A DNA stretch of 9,945 bases, taken from Paraphysomonas bandaiensis (lineage: Eukaryota > Protista > Chrysophyceae). The notes beneath the pieces were generated by a model. The model saw only the letters and a list, made by a program, of their open reading frames with translations. It was not told where the DNA came from and ran no database searches. Numbering within the stretch: position 1 is the first letter of the stretch; every line of letters starts with the position of its first letter. The stretch lies in assembly GCA_965644295.1 (NCBI GenBank), contig CBFFRP010000156.1, positions 1 through 9,945 of the forward strand, in the 5' to 3' direction. A program made the position numbers and the translations under genes. Shown one piece after another: positions 1 through 7,035 of this stretch.

Positions 1-248
1 ACAAGAAACTAGCAATTTATGGCTGGAAAACCACTTCTAGAAGCAGCTATGGGGAAACAGTAAGAGTTATACGGGTTTTAGATATAGCAGAATTACAAGG
101 TAAAAGGATATAATGAGCACGATTAAGTGCTGGTGAAGTTAAGCACTATCTTTCTGTCTACCATCTGTTGCACACATGGATAAGGACATATATACCGAAA
201 CCCACATAGATGATGCTCAATCACTCGATGTTGCCACACAAGCATGAG

Positions 249-367
249 AAATATATATCAATATATTGCGAGGCCAAATTTTGCTAAAATAATAATAAAT
301 ATATTGTAGCAAGAAAACATAAATAATTGCAATATATTGGAATCCAATATATATTTACCTGGCCCTG
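249..367. repeat. AT-rich imperfect inverted-repeat element, possible MITE relic with an hAT-like CAGGG end
   Basis: AAATATATAT 249-258 pairs with 347-356, and CAATATATTGC 259-269 pairs with 329-339. There is a near-perfect palindrome ATATATTGGA-A-TCCAATATAT at 332-352. The right end reads CAGGGCCAGG on the minus strand (367-358). I found no matching left terminus or TSD. Confidence 0.35.
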
Positions 368-527
368 ATCTTTCGGCACGCTGGCACAACATTGTGTGTG
401 CCGTTGTAATGAAGGATACTGCTCAAAATGAGATCAATGTGTATACTTTAGCAGTAGCCCAATGTGCAACAGAAAAAAAACTTAAATTTATATAAGGATG
501 CACGGCACAAACACATATACTGCACAA

Positions 528-1166
528 CTAATCGACATGATTACTCCTAGCACATTGTTGTCTGACATCCACAGGGGTGCTCATTGAGCTTGGCATGGAT
601 GTACTAAAGCACGATACGTCTAAAACTGTTAAAAATTCACCATGTGTACCTTGAAACATAGCATTGAATTCATAGCATGGTTGGGGTAATTGAAACGCAA
701 TCCGCTGAACAAAATGATCGCCTGAATCATCCATATTAGAAACAGGAATTTCCAAGCATTCAACGCCATTTTTTTCACTTCTTTCCGACTTCGATGGTAG
801 TAACAATGTTTCGCATTCCTTCATTTGCACGACCAACTTCGCTGCACATATCGCGGTAATGTTTACATGTTCAATTACTGAGGAACACGATACGAGTAGC
901 GTCGACATTCCGAATCCCGTTGCCACATATACTTGTTTGTCATAAGCTGATAAATGCCTCATCCACCCACCCGGTGTAGCAAAATTCACAACTGCATCCA
1001 ATCGTATTAATTTGGTTCCATCAAAAGAACTCCCATTAATTTCATTTTTTTCATTTTTTGAATTTTCTTGGTATGAGCTGGAAATATTCTTTGAACTTAA
1101 AATAAGACTAGATTTACATGGTGTCTTATGAATTTTGAGCCTAGAATTCCTCATAGTTAATTTCAT
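528..1166 (-). CDS. Intronless 212-aa protein: basic, Ser/Asn-rich N-terminal extension followed by a probable beta-sandwich (galactose-binding-like) domain, possibly a divergent IFT25/HSPB11-like protein
   Basis: ATG at 1166-1164, TAG at 530-528, and an upstream in-frame TAA at 1199-1197. 639 nt stay open in AT-rich DNA. Blocks DAVVNFAT / YVATGFGMSTLLVS / IEHVNITAICAAKLVVQ / FQGTHGEFLTVLDVSC follow the order and hydrophobic pattern of IFT25 as I recall it (EVILATS / FWTTTGMFPQEFII / IERLVIQSYFVQTLKIE / IVSAFDHFASVHSVS). The family call is by eye only. Confidence 0.7.
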   Translation of the reverse strand: MKLTMRNSRLKIHKTPCKSSLILSSKNISSSYQENSKNEKNEINGSSFDGTKLIRLDAVVNFATPGGWMRHLSAYDKQVYVATGFGMSTLLVSCSSVIEHVNITAICAAKLVVQMKECETLLLPSKSERSEKNGVECLEIPVSNMDDSGDHFVQRIAFQLPQPCYEFNAMFQGTHGEFLTVLDVSCFSTSMPSSMSTPVDVRQQCARSNHVD

Positions 1167-1283
1167 ATCAACCCTTGGGGTATATAAAGCTCCATGTTAA
1201 AATAACTAGATTGATTCCGCGATGTCTAAGTCCATTACACTATGACATAATCACTTGCGTATAAGCTGCAATATATACGCTAA

Positions 1284-1343
1284 CTCACGGTTACAGTTCA
1301 GTTACTACACAAGCTCACGATTACAGTTCAGTTACTACCTAAG
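1284..1343. repeat. 30-bp tandem duplication (2 copies)
   Basis: CTCACGGTTACAGTTCAGTTACTACACAAG (1284-1313) vs CTCACGATTACAGTTCAGTTACTACCTAAG (1314-1343), 27/30 identical. Confidence 0.9.
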
Positions 1344-1498
1344 CAGCAAGAATTCAATGTTAACCTTTATCTTGCGCGGACTGCTGGGTATCAACAAAAA
1401 GGAGCAACAAACTTTGTACAGAGTAACAGAGTACAAACGTAGTGTTTCGTTACTTTTCGCTGTATACTCTGTATACCGATCCATACTGCTGTACAATT

Positions 1499-1690
1499 CT
1501 GTATGTATAACTAAAAGCAGGATTTTCGAGAGTAGAGTAAAATAAAATAGCTGGATTTTAGGAAAAAACAGTCTAATATTAAGGTAAGGGTGGGAAGAAG
1601 CAGGATTTTCGAGAGTTGTGTGGGCCCCGTTCGGTTCATTCAATGGATTTTGGTGCTGCACTGGATTTTTGAGAAATTCCACTGCACTGT
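1499..1690. mobile_element. Degenerate repeat cluster related to the 6190-6517 element
   Basis: Exact 19-bp direct repeat AAGCAGGATTTTCGAGAGT at 1515-1533 and 1598-1616. CACTGGATTTTTGAGAA (1659-1675) is the exact reverse complement of 6208-6224. TTCGGTTCATTCAATGGA (1630-1647) matches 6456-6473 at 16/18. There is a degenerate TTAGGG-like run at 1579-1594. Confidence 0.5.
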
Positions 1691-1703
1691 ATTTAGGTAA
1701 TCC

Positions 1704-2648
1704 TACAAACCTGGTAAATCGGGGCCCCCAGAAAAATCGGGGCCCCCACAAACCAAAAAACAGTCCCATATGACCGTCAATAAACCACCTTAACAAACAC
1801 TAATTCCTTCAATAACTACACACCCAATCAACTAACACATACAACGCCATGTCCCTCGTATGCACGAGTGTTCATATCGTAAGGACACCTCTCCGCTCAT
1901 CCATACTACTGCTGCTTTCAACCAGCAATATGAGGTGAACAACTGTGTCTGCAGTGTTCCTGGTGTCCATCCGCTGTGCTCGTAAAGCCTTCATTTACAC
2001 TTTACACTGGTAAGAATGGAGATAATTAGAGACATTGACTCTATGTGATGTGGTGTGTGTTTTCATATGAAGGCTCGGGAATCTTAATGCTCTGTCTATA
2101 ATGTATATATTATATATATGGCCTCATACTAGCGGACTGATTCCTTATGCCATAGAGTGACTCTGGATAGAGAATCTACATCGAAGATTATTTACTTTCC
2201 TCCAATACAGCTTGAGTAATCTCTCTGGCTTGTTAAAAGTAACCTATTGGCGTAGGTTTGTTTCGTTACGTGCTCTACGTGGAGTGTAGATATCACTCCA
2301 CTATCGCCCTATGAGAATTGCCATTTGATCTCCCTGGCTTTTCCGGAACGCAACACCTCTCACAGAGATCACCACGTTTGCTTGATGACTACGTACCATG
2401 TACAGTAGGTTCACGATGCAACTTGTATTTATGTTAGTCCTGCCTTGTATAATATAGGTCCTTGACTGATTGTGTAACGTTTCCGTGTGCCTTATATGTA
2501 ATATCTAATTAAGATAGTTCCATCCTGTCTTTGTTTGTATTTAGAAATCAGATATCCACGAATTGAAGAAGAAACGCACTATATTCTACCGTATTATTGT
2601 ACCATTATATGCTTCATACTGCAACACGTGTATTACATTACATACCAC
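1704..2648 (+). mobile_element. Probable heavily decayed pogo/Tc1-mariner-like DNA transposon, interrupted by the LTR element
   Basis: A TA is followed by a terminus-like segment with tandem AAATCGGGGCCCCCA (1716-1730, 1734-1748). Frameshifted peptide patches follow: TVSAVFLVSIRCARKAFI (1942-1995, like HTH_psq AxxAVxxGxSIRxAAxxF) and WL...QRSPRLLDDY (2335-2392, like the end of the CENP-B/Tc5 HTH). There is no intact ORF and no convincing second TIR. Confidence 0.3.
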
Positions 2649-2916
2649 TGTCAAGATATGACACAATTGGATGATTAGTAAGTTAACTGGACGAGTATTC
2701 ACTCATGAATCAAGTTAAGATAAGAGAAGATTATAATAAATATAATAAACTATATATCACGTTATCTCTACTACCACTCATTTCTAGTACGATCTTACAT
2801 CGTCATGATATCACTTCTCATAATACAGCTCATCACTACTGTATTCTCCAGTAACCGTCATAATTCCAATATCTTAGAATTACAGCTTTTAATTGCTTTA
2901 ACAGCAAAACTCAACA
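2649..2916 (-). repeat. 3' LTR (268 bp)
   Basis: TGTCAAGATATG...AAAACTCAACA. It differs from the other LTR only at 2853 (A) vs 5024 (T). Confidence 0.95.
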
Positions 2917-2927
2917 CTCCCTCTCAA
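2917..2927 (-). other. Polypurine tract (TT)GAGAGGGAG
   Basis: It lies immediately upstream of the 3' LTR on the minus strand and resembles the typical Ty1/copia TTGAGGGGGAG tract. Confidence 0.85.
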
Positions 2928-2933
2928 TTCAAA

Positions 2934-3210
2934 GCTGTACATTGAATTGTCAAACCACGAGTCATAACTGACGGATACGCAACCACCAAGACCTCATGAG
3001 CTGTACATTGAATCTTCACATCGCAAGACATAATTGACAGATACTATGTAGATTGAATCCTCACATCACGAGACATAACTGACGGGCAGAATTACAGCTT
3101 TTAATTGCTCCAACGGCAAAACTCAACACTCCCTCTCAATTCAAAGCTGTACATTGATTTTTCATATCACGAGACATAACTGACGGATACGCAACCACCA
3201 AAAACCTCAT
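2934..3210. repeat. Four 45-bp degenerate repeats plus a duplicated PPT/LTR junction inside the retroelement
   Basis: Units at 2934-2978, 3000-3044, 3045-3089 and 3146-3190, with approximate consensus GCTGTACATTGAATCTTCACATCACGAGACATAACTGACGGATAC. The block 2876-2997 recurs at 3088-3210, including a second PPT (3129-3137) and 41 bp of LTR terminus (38/41 identical). Confidence 0.9.
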
Positions 3211-4809
3211 AGGACAAACCGGTGGACGTATGACTCCGACGTTTCAGCAAGTCTCACCATAGACAACACATCTGAAAGATCTTCTGTCTCTGACAACAGC
3301 ACGTATGATTTCTTATCCTCGTCACTGAGATCAATCACACCACATCATTCAACTTCAACGCTAAGTCACGTGCGCTCTGGCTGTCAGGAAGAATGGAGTG
3401 GATTCGTACAATCGAAGTCCCAGTTCGATCAACACCCCCCGAAGCCACACCAGTTCCTGCATGCCAGCAGACACAGCCTGCTACTTACACACTGAAGCAA
3501 ATCAAGGCAATTAACAAACTTCTCATATATTATGCCTTGGTCTCTCTATAATTAGACATATTATGTTAGTTATTAGAACAGTCACTGTCATCACACAGAT
3601 TGACAATCTCCTCATCATAAAGGTTTACCTCACCCAGGATGGACACACTAGTCAACACCCGTACGCTTACCACACAAGTCTCCCTAGACTCAGCAGGTAC
3701 TACAGTACCACTATTCTCACTTGGCACACAAGAAGGTACATTCTCAAAGACACGATTCACGCTGATCTCACTAGACTTAGTATACACAGTATCACTAGGC
3801 AAAGTACGAAGGGACATTCTCTTCCCTGGAATCTCATCCGCCGTATAGACTTATTGGGCGCACCACCCGAAGCAGGCGTGTAGATGAAGATCCACCCCTT
3901 TTTTCATCACAAAAACGAGGTTTTTATAGTACAGCCGTCTCACTAGATACAGCACACACACAGTACCAACACAACTCTTACTGGTCTCCCTAGACGCAGT
4001 CGATGTGGTACATATACACATGTGTCTCATACACTGTTTTCACTGGTCTCTCTAGACGCAGTACATACACTACTCTCGGGCAGGTACTGAAGGACGACAC
4101 AGTCCTTGACATCCTATCCGCCGTATGCTGGGCGTGTACCCCTAGCCGGCGTCGATAGCGAGTCACCTGCCCCATCGTCACGGGTCGCAGGATTTTTCGT
4201 ACCACCATTGTGTATAATCGTTAGTCACATTCACAACATGCTAACATGGCAGTATCAAGTGCCCTCGAGGCTACTCTACTATTACACCATTATCCCGAAC
4301 CACTTCTCAAGTAGCTCTAAAGATTCAGCCCTTATCCACATGATTCGAGCTTGTAAGATGGCTGAACTCTGCAACAGTTCGGGCTTGTAAGTCACTCTTG
4401 ACCACAACCTCCTCAAGCTTCCTGATCACACAATGGACACGCTTCCTGATCACTTGCACTCCCATCGATAGCACTGAAACCCCATCCACACAATGGAGAC
4501 ACATAACTGAATCACTGTGCTCACACTCCATGCACATGGGTTGACATCATTCTGATAATTATGCAGGTCTCTTCAGAGGGTTCATACATTCATCAACCAC
4601 TACAACATAGCTACAGTACATAACAATAGCAGTCATCATTTCCAGTCTACTTTTTCTGTCATGTTCGTATGAAAACCCCGATTTTCATAAATAATACTGG
4701 TTTTATATCCTATATACTGTATGTTTCTACTGTACACAGCAGTATCACTCCTACTTCTCTGTCCAGTACATTCCAATGGTCACACTTCAGCAGTTGCTTC
4801 CAACTACCA

Positions 4810-4819
4810 TCCGCTACCA
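4810..4819 (-). other. Primer-binding site TGGTAGCGGA, compatible with initiator tRNA-Met
   Basis: It abuts the 5' LTR on the minus strand. TGG pairs with tRNA CCA, and TAGC fits the A73/U72/C71/G70 acceptor end of many eukaryotic tRNA-iMet. The tRNA identity is an inference. Confidence 0.75.
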
Positions 4820-5087
4820 TGTCAAGATATGACACAATTGGATGATTAGTAAGTTAACTGGACGAGTATTCACTCATGAATCAAGTTAAGATAAGAGAAG
4901 ATTATAATAAATATAATAAACTATATATCACGTTATCTCTACTACCACTCATTTCTAGTACGATCTTACATCGTCATGATATCACTTCTCATAATACAGC
5001 TCATCACTACTGTATTCTCCAGTTACCGTCATAATTCCAATATCTTAGAATTACAGCTTTTAATTGCTTTAACAGCAAAACTCAACA
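4820..5087 (-). repeat. 5' LTR (268 bp)
   Basis: 267/268 identical to 2649-2916 (offset 2171) and directly followed on the minus strand by the TGG-starting PBS. Confidence 0.95.
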
Positions 5088-5273
5088 ACCACTGAGAGTA
5101 TTAATGTACAATATAGTAGAAAAGCAAATGATCATTAAGTTAAAGAATAACTAGTCTATAAAGCAGGAAATTAATCAACAAAACTGTAATGAACGTATAA
5201 TATAACAAGATATTTCGAATGTTAAATCATAAGCTACCTCGTAATTGTTAGATTTGATAGTACATTAGGCGCA

Positions 5274-5876
5274 TCATTCTCTTGCTAAATGCGAACTTCT
5301 TCCTTTTCTGCTCTCAAAGATGTCTTCAGCTACCTTTTCTGCCACGGATAATAAGGCCAACTTTATCAATGATATTGGCCGCTTTCTTTCTTCTTGTACT
5401 CTTACATCAAAACAGAAGCGATTAGCACAAGTATGCTTCACCTTCCTGTGCAGCATTGTTGGCGACGATATCGGCGTAGAATCAGATCACGACAGAAACC
5501 CTTCTTTATGGGACCAGGCAGCGGTGAAATTGATTGATGCCATTACTTCTGTTCCCACCAAGACGTACGAGCGCGATAATTTTTTTGCTTATTTGCCTGA
5601 GCAGAAGTGGCCAAGTTTTTTTCAGACATATGTGGATAGTATTTCGGAAAGCAGCCAACTGAAGATTTCCGGAATAAATACAGCAAATTGAGCGAAGAGA
5701 AATTGCGACTAAGATACTTTGGAAAACATGTCCTAACCACGTATTTAAACACAAAGAAACAAGTCAATAATCTTATGTTTAGTAAGGTTGATGAATAACT
5801 CAGGTTTCTCCTGGATAAGGGCCTCCACAGCTTCGAATTCACTTTCATCATCAAAGGGAATATATTCAGAGTTCAT
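5274..5876 (-). pseudogene. Possible decayed intron-containing gene on the minus strand
   Basis: ATG at 5876 gives MNSEYIPFDDESEFEAVEALIQEKPELFINLTK (stop at 5747-5745). Further protein-like patches (LAAFRNTIHICLKKTWPLLL, YADIVANNAAQE, RRKKAANIIDKVGLIIRGRK) lie in different frames, separated by T-rich, AG-ending intron-like stretches. I could not build a stop-free canonical splice model. Confidence 0.25.
5320..5691 (+). CDS. Hypothetical 123-aa ORF (may be the antisense shadow of a decayed minus-strand gene)
   Basis: ATG-to-TGA ORF in a patch with higher GC than its flanks. It has no recognisable domain, and it overlaps coding-looking minus-strand segments. Confidence 0.25.
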   Translation: MSSATFSATDNKANFINDIGRFLSSCTLTSKQKRLAQVCFTFLCSIVGDDIGVESDHDRNPSLWDQAAVKLIDAITSVPTKTYERDNFFAYLPEQKWPSFFQTYVDSISESSQLKISGINTAN

Positions 5877-5984
5877 TTTCACTGTAATTATATATTTACC
5901 AGTAATAGAGTAATATATACAGTATATTATAGCATAATATCACCAGACCATAGCGGCCGATTTGAAATTCAAAGTATGCCCACT

Positions 5985-6148
5985 AAAAAACAGGATTACC
6001 CTTGCATCTATTACCCATCAGATTTTAGCAGCACCTTTTTTCCGGTGATAAAAATAATCCTGTTTTTTTACCCGATTACCTTTGTAACTATTACCCATCA
6101 GATTTTAGACACGCCCTTAGCACATCCTACCGAACGATTGCCACATCC
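5985..6148. repeat. Interlocked direct and inverted repeats, resembling a transposon subterminal region
   Basis: 35-bp direct repeat at 5994-6028 / 6074-6108 (32/35; exact 21-bp core CTATTACCCATCAGATTTTAG; period 80). 14-bp inverted repeat AAAAAACAGGATTA 5985-5998 / TAATCCTGTTTTTT 6055-6068. CACATCC occurs twice (6121-6127, 6142-6148). Confidence 0.75.
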
Positions 6149-6311
6149 GGTATACGTGTATTTAACGCATATACTGTATGTATAATTGTGATTCAAAAAT
6201 CCAGCACTTCTCAAAAATCCAGTGAATCGTCTTTCGACTCAAAACACGAAACTAATTTCGCTGCATTTTTTCCAGCAAATGAGCATATTTCGCTTTTTTG
6301 CGTTTCCAAAT

Positions 6312-6329
6312 TAACCCTAACCCTAACCC
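6312..6329 (-). repeat. Interstitial telomere-type repeat (TTAGGG)3
   Basis: TAACCCTAACCCTAACCC is read directly on the plus strand. Confidence 0.9.
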
Positions 6330-6452
6330 AAATCGAATAGTAATTTCGTACCGAGGGCACCAAGGAGTGTTTTTCGTGACTTGGCAGCCCGAGGTGAAAA
6401 AATTTCTTTTTGGTATGAGGTTGTGAAAAACGAATTATTATATTTTATAGTC

Positions 6453-6512
6453 CTCTTCGGTTCATCCAGTGGACCGAGAATTTTTCAAAAGTCCACTGGA
6501 TGAACCGAAGAG
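6453..6512. repeat. Perfect 22-bp inverted repeat with a 16-nt loop
   Basis: CTCTTCGGTTCATCCAGTGGAC (6453-6474) and GTCCACTGGATGAACCGAAGAG (6491-6512) are exact reverse complements. Confidence 0.97.
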
Positions 6513-7035
6513 ACCTACTGCAGTATACAATCAAAAATGCGCTGCGTCCCCTTGATTTGTATTGTTCTCTTGATTTTGAAGTTGGTAGAATTGTCCTGGA
6601 CAAAATCCAAAAAGCATTTTTTTTGCTTGGAACAAATCCAGTGCTTTTTTACTGTTTCTTATAAAACAAGGGTACGATGAGGAAATTCGATCGTACAACG
6701 GTTTTTTGTTAGAATTTCACTACACAAATGTAAAAACTGGATACTACTCAAGAAAAGTGTAGTTTTTTTATGGTTTTCTGTACCTCCCACACCCAAAAAC
6801 GACTGTGAGGTATGTTTTCCGGTAGTTTTTTCTCTGAATTTTTTCATCACTGTTACATATTATTATAATTTGCTAAAATGTTGAACTGATTTATTCTGAG
6901 GCAAAAATTAATCCTGATTCTGAGCTACATCCATTTATATTATATCCAGGGAGAGCATCCGGTGCATAAATATGTGTTTCCTGTCACATTTCAGTCATTG
7001 AGAGGGAGCATTGTTGGTATTTTTAGTATATTGCG

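Larger units (their letters stand above)
2649..5087 (-). mobile_element. Complete non-autonomous LTR retrotransposon (2,439 bp; copia-like PPT; no gag/pol)
   Basis: Two 268-bp direct repeats (2649-2916, 4820-5087) with TG...CA ends. The 5-bp TSD ACCAC sits at 2644-2648 and 5088-5092. A PBS adjoins the right LTR and a PPT adjoins the left LTR, both on the minus strand. The 1,903-bp interior has only short ORFs and no recognisable protease, integrase, RT or RNase H motifs. Confidence 0.95.
6190..6517 (+). mobile_element. Non-autonomous Helentron/Helitron-like element with internal telomere-type repeats and a 3' hairpin
   Basis: It starts with tandem TCAAAAATCCAG (6193-6204, 6211-6222), has (TAACCC)3 at 6312-6329, and ends in a perfect 22-bp inverted repeat (6453-6474 / 6491-6512) that contains the same ATCCAGTG motif. 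The superfamily is inferred from architecture and the boundaries are approximate. Confidence 0.45.

Noticed and set aside
3-113. Open frame KKLAIYGWKTT...QGKRI* at the window start, a possible last exon
   Set aside because: Only 36 codons, truncated by the window edge, with no recognisable motif.
1255-1796. ORFs 1255-1545 (+) and 1335-1796 (-)
   Set aside because: Non-ATG starts, they run across tandem and transposon-like repeats, and their composition is not protein-like.
2934-3190. 45-bp repeats as a CRISPR-like array
   Set aside because: The units are degenerate, partly contiguous and lack unique equal-length spacers. They lie inside an LTR element in eukaryotic DNA with no cas genes.
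3354-3551. Plus-strand frame FNAKSRALWLSGRMEWIRTIE... as a pogo transposase C-terminus
   Set aside because: It lies inside the TSD-bounded LTR element, so it cannot simply continue the 1704-2648 relic, and the similarity is weak.
3563-4390. Short overlapping ORFs inside the retroelement as gag/pol genes
   Set aside because: No zinc knuckle, DSG protease, integrase HHCC/DDE, YVDD RT or RNase H motifs.
4668-4689. TATGAAAA-CCCCGA-TTTTCATA hairpin / CCCCGATTT as the right TIR matching 1716-1724
   Set aside because: Only about a 10-bp match, and it is inside the LTR element, so it is compatible with chance.
6453-6512. Hairpin as a rho-independent terminator or structured ncRNA gene
   Set aside because: Eukaryotic context, no U-tract, and the arm sequence recurs in a repeat cluster at 1630-1647.
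6639-6852. CAGTG...CACTG-bounded hAT-like MITE
   Set aside because: Terminal complementarity is only 5 bp and the flanking 8-mers (AACAAATC vs TTACATAT) do not form a TSD.
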